Assembly: GCA_965223295.1 (NCBI GenBank)
Contig: CBDCWC010000002.1
Span: 224,001-288,000 of the forward strand
From: Nitrospirales bacterium
GTDB lineage: Bacteria; Nitrospirota; Nitrospiria; Nitrospirales; UBA8639
DNA: 64,000 nucleotides
Reading direction: 5' to 3'
Positions within the stretch are counted from its first letter, which is position 1. Each line of letters starts with the position of its first letter. Positions 48,081 to 57,658 of this stretch are shown one piece after another. Under the pieces are notes generated by a model. It worked only from the letters and a program-made list of their open reading frames with translations. It was not told the origin of the DNA and did not search any database. A program made the position numbers and the translations under genes.

Positions 48081-48267
48081 GCGAAACGGTAAGAAATCAA
48101 TCTCGACTATGAAAAGGCCTACAGAGCCATGATGACTTCAATTCGACGGGAATGGTCAGAAAAGTCCGTCTAGCCAGGCCGCAGCCACTTTGGTGCGCGG
48201 AGCGCTAGGACTACGTGAGCACGGAAAAATGGCGAGAACGTCGCTGGTGGCTTTTTTCAGCATTCCC
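48081..48267 (+). mobile_element. Family A element with degenerate alternative leader; left boundary approximate
   Basis: Core gggaatggtcag...ttcagcattccc at 48148-48267; upstream resembles the 42662 leader. Confidence 0.82.
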
Positions 48268-48314
48268 GAAGGCAAAAGTGAAACGAAGAAAGCCATGAAG
48301 AAAGGAGACAAACC

Positions 48315-49186
48315 ATGAAATATTTATTGGCTGTTGACGGATCCGATCAATCGGTGGATGCCATCCGGGTGTTTGAAGCCTTAGCTCCTGCTGAAAGCTT
48401 GAAGGTTCTGCATGTTGTACATGTTCCAGGTGTTCCCTATCCGGCCGTTGGTGCAAATGTAGCCCAAGACCTAGCGATGACTGTGGAAAGCATGATAGGG
48501 AAGAAGGAGAACGTGTGTTGGATCAAGCGGTGTCTCTTCTGCCTCTGCACCCAGGCGCCGTTTCCAAACAACTTGAAATAGGCAAGCCTGCTGAATCTAT
48601 CCTCAGTGTGGCTGAAGAAGAACCCCCCGATTTGATTGTCATGGGTGCCCGTGGGCTAGGACGTCTCCAAGAACAGATCTTTGGAAGTGTCTCGCATCGG
48701 GTTATGACGCATGCCAATTGTTCGAATTTTCTTGTTAAACAGCCCGTTCGGACCATTAAGAATTTGTTGGTTCCCATTGATGGGCAGGAGGACGCCGATG
48801 CCATACTGAGCTTTTTCAAGAAAAATCCATTTAGAGAGGCCTGCTCGGTCATGGTTCTCCACGTGATTCCTGTGATGGACCCAATATGGCCGGTGGGGGC
48901 TATGATCCCACAAGATTTCCGCAAAGAAATGAAGAGCTATGCGGAAAAGTTTACACAGGTGTTGTGTGGGGAGTTGGAACGATTGGGGCATCAAGCCAAC
49001 GGAGTCGCTGTTGAGGGAGCTCCCTCGGTTACGATTGTCGAGGAAGTCAAAAAAACCATGCCCGATCTTCTTGTGATGCGACCCCACCGTCACTCAACAG
49101 TCGGTCGATTTTTCCTGGGAAGTGTCTCACATTCTGTCGTTCATCATACTGACTGCTCGATTGTATTGGTCCGTGATAGTGATTAA
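48315..49186 (+). pseudogene. Tandem-domain universal stress protein, frameshifted near 48497
   Basis: MKYLLAVDGS... switches frame to REEGERVLDQA..., matching paralog 51114-51977 (LREEGERIL). Confidence 0.85.
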
Positions 49187-49483
49187 TTTGAAGGGAAATC
49201 TCTGAAGCAACGTTCAGAAATAGTAGGTGAGTATGGGAAAACTACAAGTGTATGTTAAAGGCAGAAAGTTTGATGAATATCGGACGGTATCTCCTGGTTA
49301 CGTAGGTTTCGGAATGTTGGTCTTTTTCTATCTTGGTATGGGAGCCACTGTCATGACATGGTCATTCCCAAAACATGATATGTGTTCTGAAATGCTGATG
49401 TTTGTAGGTCAGTGGCCCTTCGCGTCTGAATACAAAAAAACTTTCGCAGAAGGTTTTCCCCTTATTAAGAACACACTGTTCTG

Positions 49484-50467
49484 TCATAAGCTCGAATCTT
49501 GAGGTGATGTGGTTGTAGACGAAGCCTGTTCATCTTCTTTGGCTGAATGATGCCCTCCCTCAAATTTTTGGCTTTTGACTGTAAGGGTTGGGTAAGGGCT
49601 GTGCTGAAGCACCTTGGCTGTAGTGCTGCCAATGATGAGTCGCGGTAGACCTTTTCGTGCATGTGTCCCCATGATAAGCAAATGGGCTTCTTGTGAGGCG
49701 CAGACTTTTAGAATGCTCTCGAGCGCTGGTCTCTCGACTAGCTCAAATCGCGCGGACAATCCTTCCTTGATGAGCACCTCAGTTAAATTTTGTAGCCGTA
49801 GTTCAATTTTTTTTCTATTGGCTTTGTCCTCCAACGGATGTGTCAGCGAAAAGTCTAAGCTATAAGACAAAGGCTCAATGGCATACATGAGAGTCAGGGA
49901 AGCATCAAACCATTTTGCTATTTGTACCCCATATTCGTATGCATCGATGGAGCAATCGGAGAAATCTATAGGTAACACGATCTGTTTTGGTTTTATCGCA
50001 AGAGTATGTAGCCCAGCTGTTTCCTCTGGACTTCGTTCTGGAATTGTTAATACGGGGCATGGTGCTTGTTGAACCGTCCGTTCAGCCACGCTACCAAATA
50101 TGACACGACTAAGGCCGGCCCATCCGTGTGTGCCGGTAATAATTAAATCGGTCTTGCGGTCTCGAGCAAGGGAGCAAATTTGTGCTGAGGCCAGGCCGGT
50201 TCGAATTTCTGTTGCAGCTTGGGGAACATGTTTGGTCGCTGCTCTCAGTAGTTCATTTAGGTGATCTTCGGCCACCTTACGTTGCTCATCTACATAGCGT
50301 TGGGCGATACCAGTGTCGATGTCCAATCCTGGTTGAAGAGCTAATCCATGAAACAGGGTCAGTTCTGCTCCCAAAAAATTGGCCCATTCTATTGCATATT
50401 GAAAGGCCGAAGCCGAGCAAGGTGAAAAATCTGTGGCGAAGAGGATATGGGTTACGATCTTAACCAT
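49484..50467 (-). CDS. Tandem-domain universal stress protein
   Basis: ILFATDFS, GTHG...GSVAE; PIDFS, GTH...GSTT. Confidence 0.93.
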   Translation of the reverse strand: MVKIVTHILFATDFSPCSASAFQYAIEWANFLGAELTLFHGLALQPGLDIDTGIAQRYVDEQRKVAEDHLNELLRAATKHVPQAATEIRTGLASAQICSLARDRKTDLIITGTHGWAGLSRVIFGSVAERTVQQAPCPVLTIPERSPEETAGLHTLAIKPKQIVLPIDFSDCSIDAYEYGVQIAKWFDASLTLMYAIEPLSYSLDFSLTHPLEDKANRKKIELRLQNLTEVLIKEGLSARFELVERPALESILKVCASQEAHLLIMGTHARKGLPRLIIGSTTAKVLQHSPYPTLTVKSQKFEGGHHSAKEDEQASSTTTSPQDSSL

Positions 50468-50618
50468 TGAATCTCTCCGGGCTTCAGTGTGGAAAGTAGA
50501 AAGTGAGAAGTACAATGTTAGAACTTAGGAGTACACACAGGTCCTAACTGGAAATTAAATTCTTATCTCCTAATCCCTTGCTCTTCTTCCTTTTTTCTTC
50601 TCAATTTTCACGCACTGG

Positions 50619-51044
50619 CTATACGGCGTCCACCACTAAGAGCAAGATCTCGCCTTTCATATCCTGATGAATAGAGCAATGGAATTCAAAGCGGCCAGGT
50701 TGATCAAGCACTAGTCGGAAAGAGACCTCTTGCCCAGGGTCTATGTACGCACCTTCGACCCCTTTGCCATAAGTGACTACCCCTTGACTCTCTACATGCG
50801 TGAGTATGTTAAAAAACATTAACGATCCGAAGTCATGCCGTACATTATCCAAGTTTTTTACTCGGATGATGGTATCTGTATGAAGTTGAAGCGGCATTTG
50901 AGAAGTCTGAAATGTATAGTCTTTAATCGTCACGCTGACTTCTTGTTGTGACGGGGTATCTGAAAGTCCAATGCCTCCCATCAGAACCGTTCCCAAAACT
51001 ACGAGGGCCAATCCGAGGGCCGTTTGATTCCAATAGTGTTTCAT
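50619..51044 (-). CDS. Cupredoxin-domain exported protein
   Basis: N.D...H, PGRFEFHCSIHQDMKG type-1 copper ligands. Confidence 0.88.
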   Translation of the reverse strand: MKHYWNQTALGLALVVLGTVLMGGIGLSDTPSQQEVSVTIKDYTFQTSQMPLQLHTDTIIRVKNLDNVRHDFGSLMFFNILTHVESQGVVTYGKGVEGAYIDPGQEVSFRLVLDQPGRFEFHCSIHQDMKGEILLLVVDAV

Positions 51045-51113
51045 GCGCGGAATCTCCTATTGATTCATATGTGTAAATGAGAAGCGAACATTATGTGAGC
51101 TTTCAATCTTTTA

Positions 51114-51977
51114 TTATCGAACAATAAGGACAGGACAAGGAGCTTGATGCAGTACAGTATGTGAGACGCTCCCCATAAAAAATCTGGCCAGGCCCCCTCG
51201 TCCATGAGTCCCCATCACGATCATGTCAGCTTGAGAGGCTTTGGTTTGTTCGAGAACGGCAAAAGCTGGATCTCCCATTCCCACTTTGGTCTCGGCTGCA
51301 TAGCCCATTTGGGCCAGTTTATCTGTGACGGATTTCATGCGTTCTTGCGCCTCTTCAATCGCGTGAGTTTCAAGAAGCTTTGATTGCCCTAAGGTGACTG
51401 GCCAGGCGAGTTGAGGTTGAGGCCAGACGGCGAAGACATCAATAGCGACGGCTTTACGAAACGGTTGGAGTGCTAAAAATTGCAAGGCGGCGTTCGTGTC
51501 TTCTTCTCCTTCAATGGGCAAGAGAATTTTTGTTAATTGAGTGAGAGGTTCTTTGAGAATCATGGTCGAGCAGGGAGCATGCATCAAGACTCGATGTGAT
51601 GTGCTTCCCAGGATCAGTTCTTTGACTTGGCCGAGGCCTCTCGCTCCCAGAATAATCAAATCAGATTTGGCCGACTGTGTTGTTTCGAGAATCACATTCA
51701 CGGGATGGCCTTCTTGATGAATTTTTTGGACATGAGAAATATCATGTGGAAGTTGTTCCTGAGCCTCTGTCAGAATTCGTTCTCCTTCTTCCCGTAATTT
51801 TTTTTTCATATTTGACTGAAATTCATCGCGGAGTTCAGGGGTTACCATCGCGAAGTTAATGTCAGGAACGTTCAGAGCGTGAACAAGAACTAGTTCTTCG
51901 GGGGGCGTCAGAAGTCCAAGGGCTTGTACTGCATATCTTGAATTGGTCGAGCCATCAACTGCAGCAATGATCTTCAA
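51114..51977 (-). CDS. Tandem-domain universal stress protein
   Basis: AVDGS, GARGLG...GSTS; GTHGRG...GSVS. Confidence 0.93.
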   Translation of the reverse strand: MKIIAAVDGSTNSRYAVQALGLLTPPEELVLVHALNVPDINFAMVTPELRDEFQSNMKKKLREEGERILTEAQEQLPHDISHVQKIHQEGHPVNVILETTQSAKSDLIILGARGLGQVKELILGSTSHRVLMHAPCSTMILKEPLTQLTKILLPIEGEEDTNAALQFLALQPFRKAVAIDVFAVWPQPQLAWPVTLGQSKLLETHAIEEAQERMKSVTDKLAQMGYAAETKVGMGDPAFAVLEQTKASQADMIVMGTHGRGGLARFFMGSVSHTVLHQAPCPVLIVR

Positions 51978-52040
51978 AATAATATCCTTTCCTTTGAATC
52001 GGAGGAACTCCGCCCATGTCTAACCCTAGCCTAAAAGATT

Positions 52041-52056
52041 AGCAAGAGGAGTGCCA
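52041..52056 (-). promoter_or_regulatory. Sigma-54 promoter for the usp-cupredoxin-usp genes
   Basis: Consensus TGGCACtcctcTTGCT on the minus strand, divergent from an NtrC-type regulator. Confidence 0.85.
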
Positions 52057-52329
52057 GAAAAAGGTAATCCAATGGGAGGCCGCGACCTTAAGAAAAAGGG
52101 TGAAAAGCTCCAACCGACCCATCATAGAAATTCATTTTTTCTCGAATTGATCGGAGCACCGTTCGAGTTGGTTGCTATCAGCGATGTATATTGCTACAGA
52201 AGGTAACATCGCCCTGACGCAAAATGCTACAATGGCGAATTCTTAAACGAATGTTTTCTATCCTTCATTGGTCTACTTTGGGTGGATCAATGATGGGTAA
52301 ATGACTACTTTCAGATAGAGAATCTTTTC

Positions 52330-53706
52330 ATGACGCATGATCCTCCTTCAATTTTAGTAGTTGATGATGAACGGGAAATGCGGCAACTGTTACAGGATAT
52401 TTTGGAAGAGGATCAGTATCGTGTTGTGGCCGCTTCAGATGGAGAAGAGGCTCTGGCGCGATTGAAATTGGAACAATTTCCAGTTGTGGTCACCGATATC
52501 CGGATGAAAGGAATGGATGGTTTTGGCCTCTTGGAACATGTTGTTCAAAGGTACCCTGAATCCAATTTGATCATGATGACGGCGTTTGGTTCAGTCGAGT
52601 CAGCCGTTGAGGCGATGAAGCATGGAGCATTCGATTACCTCACCAAACCGGTGAAGGCCGATGAATTATTGGTGACAGTGAAAAAAGCGCTCCGAGAGGC
52701 TCTGCTTCGTCAAGAGGTTCAGCAATTACGCCAACAGGTCAGTCGGGAATTTGCCTTTGATCAAATTCTTGGCAAAAGCAAGCCCATGCGAGAAATTTTT
52801 GATCTTATTCGTCGCGTTGCGGATTCGCAGACGAATATCCTCATCACAGGAGAGAGTGGAACGGGGAAAGAACTTGTGGCGAAAGCTCTTCACTTTAATA
52901 GCCAACGAAAATCAAAGCCCTTTGTACCCGTCAATTGTGCAGCTATTCCTGAGCAGTTATTAGAAAGTGAACTGTTTGGTCATGTGCGGGGTGCTTTTAC
53001 AGACGCGAAATTGGACAAGCGTGGGTTATTTGAGGAAGCGCATGAAGGGACCCTATTCCTGGATGAGGTCAGTGAATTACCTATGATGTTACAAGCCAAG
53101 TTGTTGCGTGCTGTGCAGGAACGGGAAATCCGACGGGTTGGCGCAACGAAACCGACGGCAATCAATGTTCGTCTCATTGCAGCCACAAATGTCATGTTGG
53201 CCGAGGAAGTCATGGCCAAGCGGTTTCGAGAGGATTTGTACTATCGATTGAATGTGATTGAACTGTGTCTTCCGCCGCTTCGCGAGCGTAAGGAAGATAT
53301 TCCGTTGCTTGTTCACGGCCTTTTGCATAAAAGCGTAACGGCTCAGCATAAACACGTTGAGGGGATTGCTGATTCGGCCCTGGCCAGATTGATTGATTAT
53401 CAATGGCCTGGGAATGTTCGAGAATTAGAAAATATAGTGGAGCGTGCTGCAACGTTAACCCAGGGACCGAAAATATCATTAGAGGATTTGCCGCCAAATA
53501 TTCAGGCGATTCAAGGTGAAGGGCCATTTGTTGAAGATGCGGTTGAGCGAACCCTGCCTCTCGCACAAGTGGAAACGCATTATATTCGACGGGTGCTGGA
53601 GAAAATGGGCGGGAATAAATATCAAACAGCCAAAGTCTTAGGCATTGATCGCAAAACCCTTTATCGTAAGCTGGCAGAAATGGAAGAAGAAAAAAGTGAG
53701 AAGTAA
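52330..53706 (+). CDS. NtrC-family sigma-54 response regulator
   Basis: Receiver domain (VDD, TDIRM, KP), GESGTGKE, GAFTDA, HTH. Confidence 0.95.
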   Translation: MTHDPPSILVVDDEREMRQLLQDILEEDQYRVVAASDGEEALARLKLEQFPVVVTDIRMKGMDGFGLLEHVVQRYPESNLIMMTAFGSVESAVEAMKHGAFDYLTKPVKADELLVTVKKALREALLRQEVQQLRQQVSREFAFDQILGKSKPMREIFDLIRRVADSQTNILITGESGTGKELVAKALHFNSQRKSKPFVPVNCAAIPEQLLESELFGHVRGAFTDAKLDKRGLFEEAHEGTLFLDEVSELPMMLQAKLLRAVQEREIRRVGATKPTAINVRLIAATNVMLAEEVMAKRFREDLYYRLNVIELCLPPLRERKEDIPLLVHGLLHKSVTAQHKHVEGIADSALARLIDYQWPGNVRELENIVERAATLTQGPKISLEDLPPNIQAIQGEGPFVEDAVERTLPLAQVETHYIRRVLEKMGGNKYQTAKVLGIDRKTLYRKLAEMEEEKSEK

Positions 53707-53785
53707 GCCGAAAAGAAGTCAAAAACTCCATTCTTGACTCCTTGCTATTCGCACCTGACTCATTTCTCTGGCCAGACTTTCTGAA

Positions 53786-55012
53786 ATGAGTATGAAAAAC
53801 AAATCTTCTACGACAAACAAAACTCTCGAGCATGAACTTCAATTGCTTCGCAGAGAGAATGCCCGGCTGCGTGCTGTTCACACAATGCATCAAGGCACAC
53901 AAGAAAATGTTGAAGCATTAGAGCAGCAATTAGCCAGTATCATTGATTCCGCTATGGATGGGATCATTACCCTTGACCAGGATTTCAATATTGTCCTGTT
54001 TAATGCAGCGGCCGAGGAGATTTTTCAATGTTCTGTGTCTGAGGTGCTCGGAAAGCCGTTGGATCGCTTAATTCCTGAGCCCATGCGAGAGGTGCATCGA
54101 GTGCATCTTACTCGTTTTGCAGAAAGCGGAGAGACCTATCGTCGCATGGGAAGGTATGGAGAAATATCCGGGTTGCGGTATACCGGGGAAGTGTTTCCGT
54201 TGGAAGCTTCCATTTCTAAAGTTGATCGGCTAGGCAAAAGATGGATGACTGTCATTCTGCGAGATATCTCTCAGCGTGTTAGCGATATGACCAAGCAGCG
54301 TGGCTTAGAAGTTCAACTTCGAAAAACCGAGCGATTGGCTGAACTAGGGACTCTCGCTTCTGGTATGGCACATGAAATTGGGACTCCTATGAATGTCATT
54401 TTAGGACGAGCCGAATTGTTAATGCGCAAAGCCAAAGATGAATCGACGAGGCGAGGGTTAGAAACCATCGTAATGCAGGTAGAGCGTATTACAAAAATCA
54501 TGAATCAATTGTTAAGCTTTGCTCGTAAGCGTCCTTCAGAACAACGGCCGGTGGATTTAGGAAAGATTGTGGGTGAAGTGCTGGATATGCTGCCCGAAAA
54601 TTTCCAGAAGAATGATATTCAGGTTATCAAAGACTATTCCTCTGGTCTTCCTTACGTGTTAGCTGATCCAGATCATATGAGCCAAGTACTCTTAAATTTA
54701 ATGCTGAATGCCTGTCAGGTCATGCCTGAAGGTGGAACCCTCACCCTTACGCTTGGCCGCCGAGACAATGCAGTTGAACTTGGTGTGAAAGATACGGGCC
54801 CCGGGATTTCTGACGAACATATTTCAAAAGTGTTCGACCCATTTTTTACCACTAAGGCTGTGGGGGAGGGAACGGGGCTTGGGTTAACCGTGGTCCATGG
54901 CATCATCCAAGAACACAATGGAACCATTCGCGTAGAGAATGTTCCCGGACAAGGTGCTGCGTTTACGATTTCCCTTCCTATCTATTCCCCAGAAGATTGT
55001 CCGAGATCATGA
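53786..55012 (+). CDS. Cytoplasmic PAS histidine kinase (FixL-like PAS)
   Basis: LIPE..R..H..H PAS segment, AHEIGTP H-box, N/G1/F/G2 boxes. Confidence 0.93.
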   Translation: MSMKNKSSTTNKTLEHELQLLRRENARLRAVHTMHQGTQENVEALEQQLASIIDSAMDGIITLDQDFNIVLFNAAAEEIFQCSVSEVLGKPLDRLIPEPMREVHRVHLTRFAESGETYRRMGRYGEISGLRYTGEVFPLEASISKVDRLGKRWMTVILRDISQRVSDMTKQRGLEVQLRKTERLAELGTLASGMAHEIGTPMNVILGRAELLMRKAKDESTRRGLETIVMQVERITKIMNQLLSFARKRPSEQRPVDLGKIVGEVLDMLPENFQKNDIQVIKDYSSGLPYVLADPDHMSQVLLNLMLNACQVMPEGGTLTLTLGRRDNAVELGVKDTGPGISDEHISKVFDPFFTTKAVGEGTGLGLTVVHGIIQEHNGTIRVENVPGQGAAFTISLPIYSPEDCPRS

Positions 55013-55121
55013 GAAGTGAAGAGTGAGATATCAGGAATGGGATGGGAAAAAAGCTATGAACGATAAACAAAAAGATAGTCCAAGAACAATAATTGGTTTT
55101 TTCCCTCACTTTTCATGTTTC

Positions 55122-56066
55122 TCATGCTTCTGGTTCGTGTCCTTCTGGTTCGACATGAACCACCACGTCTTCCACTGAATCAAAATGATCGATAAGCATG
55201 GTCTCAACTGTTGTTGCAAGCTTATGGGCTTGTTCCACAGACCAGGTGGGCTCCACATGAATGGAGAGATCCACGAACACATGATTGGCCAGCCCGCGTG
55301 TTCGGATGTTGTGGCAATCCAAAATGCCAGGTAGGGAGATAACGGCGGAGTGAATATCTTGTGGATCTATTCGGATCTGGTCCGTCAAAGATGACAAAAC
55401 GTCTCTTAGCACAATCATCGCGGTCCAGGCGATGATCCCGGCGATGATAATGGCCACCAATGGATCAATAGACGGATAGCCAGCTTGAATGGCAATGAGT
55501 CCCGCAACGACTGACAACGATGTCAGCACATCACTTGCCGTGTGATACGAGTCAGCCATCAGAATATCACTTTTGAATTCCTTCCCTTTTTGGCGTTCCC
55601 ATTTCGTCACAAAAATATTCATGCTCATGGTGATGAACATGATGGTAAAACTGATTGTGGTGACCTGGGGATGTATGTCCATCGTCCAGGATCGGTAGGC
55701 TTTCCAAATAAGATAGAGACACGTCATGGCCAGAAGCCCACCGATGGCTCCAGTTGCCAAGGTCTCAAACTTTTTATGACCATAGGGATGATCAGCATCA
55801 GGCTTGGGAGAGGCTAACCAAAGGCCCAACAATCCCACAATATTTGAGAGGCCATCAAAAAATGAGTGCAGTCCATCAGCTTGCATGCCTAGGGATTGGG
55901 TGATAACTCCATAGATCCATTTTGCAGATGCCACAAGGACATTCAGCAAAAGGACCCACAACAATATCCGGCGAATGTTTTGGAGACGTGTCATGAATGA
56001 TGTAGGAAAGATGCGTGCGATTCTTAACAGGATTGTTCTGAAGAATAGATTGTGGATTGTGTTCAA
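55122..56066 (-). CDS. Cation diffusion facilitator transporter; start may be about 55994
   Basis: ADGLHSFFD, HPYGH, ADSYHTASD, VVVHVEP. Confidence 0.93.
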   Translation of the reverse strand: MNTIHNLFFRTILLRIARIFPTSFMTRLQNIRRILLWVLLLNVLVASAKWIYGVITQSLGMQADGLHSFFDGLSNIVGLLGLWLASPKPDADHPYGHKKFETLATGAIGGLLAMTCLYLIWKAYRSWTMDIHPQVTTISFTIMFITMSMNIFVTKWERQKGKEFKSDILMADSYHTASDVLTSLSVVAGLIAIQAGYPSIDPLVAIIIAGIIAWTAMIVLRDVLSSLTDQIRIDPQDIHSAVISLPGILDCHNIRTRGLANHVFVDLSIHVEPTWSVEQAHKLATTVETMLIDHFDSVEDVVVHVEPEGHEPEA

Positions 56067-56108
56067 TTCATTGAACGTGCGAAACTCAGCCGACTTCCAA
56101 CTTGAAAA

Positions 56109-57296
56109 CTACCTCGTCCGACCTGGACCTTTGGCCGCCTGTGTGAGAGCTATTCGAGTCATCAACGGTCCGATCAATTCAAAAACAATCGTGGAGCCAA
56201 TGGCAATTGGCAAAATTACGTCCTTGAGCGCTGGGAAATGTTGACTGGCGAGAAGAGCCATACCCAATGCTACTCCAGCTTGAGGCCATAGTGCTGCTCC
56301 CATCCATCGTTGTAAAAGAGGGTGAGCACAACAGATGGCTCCTCCGCCCCAGGCCCCAATCGTACGCCCCAGGAGGCGTAACAGGATGTAGGCGAGACCA
56401 AGGAGAGTAACAGTTTGCAATGCATAGATATCGAGTGATGCTCCAGCCAAGATGAAAAAAAGAATCATGAATGGCCATTCAATTCCTTCAATGGCACTGA
56501 AAGGACGACGGTGATGCTTGGCTAAATTGGCAACCGTGGCACCTAGGATCATCCCGGCTAAAATAAAAGAGACATGCAACCATTCAGCAAGTCCGCCACA
56601 AAGCAGGACGATGCCTAGGGCTTCAGCTTGAGTCGGTTCCCCTGGCCTGAGTTGTCCCGTGAGATAAGCCATGGGAATACCCAAAATCAAGCCCAAGAGA
56701 ATGGCTCCTCCAATTTCATAGGTTCCTAGTAAGAGCGTCTGCATGCCTTCTCCATTGCCAGAGATGGCCTGGGCAAAAGCCAACAAAAAGCTAAAGATGA
56801 TGAGTCCCCATGCGTCGTCGATCGCTACGATACTTTCCAGAATTTCTGAAAATTCACCCTTCGAACGAGTTTGGCGAATGACGTCTATGGTTGCGGCGGG
56901 ATCTGTCGCCAGGGCAATGCCAGCAAGTATGAGTGCGACTTCGGGTTGGATGCCCAGTATAATGAGCCCAAGGAAGACGGTCAGAGCTGTTCCGACCACT
57001 GAACCAATCGATATCCATAAGACACACTTCCCACGTTTTTTCAGAGACGTGATAGTCAGAGCATGACCCAATAAAAATCCCACCATAGATAGAGCGATGT
57101 CCGTGACGACTGGAAACCAGTCTTCTTGAAAGTCTGGGAGAATATTTAGTCCTGATGGACCAATGGCAAAACCAGAGAAAAGTAATAGGGTAACTCTGGG
57201 TAACGGAGTGCGGCGTCCGAGCAGATCTGTTAAAAGGCCAAGAAGAAAAAGGAGCCCCAGCGTGATTAATATTTTGGGAACAATTTCCATTAGCAC
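56109..57296 (-). CDS. Cation:proton antiporter
   Basis: ATDPAAT, AIDD, PQAGVALG; multiple TMs. Confidence 0.9.
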   Translation of the reverse strand: MLMEIVPKILITLGLLFLLGLLTDLLGRRTPLPRVTLLLFSGFAIGPSGLNILPDFQEDWFPVVTDIALSMVGFLLGHALTITSLKKRGKCVLWISIGSVVGTALTVFLGLIILGIQPEVALILAGIALATDPAATIDVIRQTRSKGEFSEILESIVAIDDAWGLIIFSFLLAFAQAISGNGEGMQTLLLGTYEIGGAILLGLILGIPMAYLTGQLRPGEPTQAEALGIVLLCGGLAEWLHVSFILAGMILGATVANLAKHHRRPFSAIEGIEWPFMILFFILAGASLDIYALQTVTLLGLAYILLRLLGRTIGAWGGGAICCAHPLLQRWMGAALWPQAGVALGMALLASQHFPALKDVILPIAIGSTIVFELIGPLMTRIALTQAAKGPGRTR

Positions 57297-57568
57297 CCAA
57301 AAATGTTATGTGAAGGCATAGGATAGAAAACGTGAACTCTTCATGAAGAATATGGATGACATATAAAGATGAGAACGTTACAAATGAATGGAAACCTCAT
57401 GCACTTTTGAGAAATATTTTTGGTGATAAGTGGAAAAACGCTACATTGTCCGAAAGCCTATGAATCCAGCAAAGAGGGACAGAATGAATGTTTTCTTGCA
57501 TATGCAGAATAATAAAAGACTATTTTAGTCTATTATATGGGAACGAAAAGATACATAAAGCCCAAACT

Positions 57569-57584
57569 TGGCAAGATTTGTGCG
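57569..57584 (+). promoter_or_regulatory. Putative sigma-54 promoter
   Basis: TGGCAagatttgTGCG (GG-N10-GC), about 75 bp upstream of usp 57659. Confidence 0.55.
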
Positions 57585-57658
57585 TAAATCAGAAAGAAGA
57601 TCAGATAGGACTAGGGTATTAGAGTGATTGTTTATAATTAATTTGGAGTCTTACGCAC

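Noticed and set aside
1082-48267. CRISPR array or integron attC cassette array as the explanation for the repeats
   Set aside because: Copies are dispersed, in both orientations, with TIRs and target duplications; there are no regular spacers, attC core sites, cas genes or integrase.
49227-49502. 91-aa ORF between usp genes
   Set aside because: No recognisable motif and it overlaps the end of the convergent usp; it could be a small or decayed gene but is unsupported.
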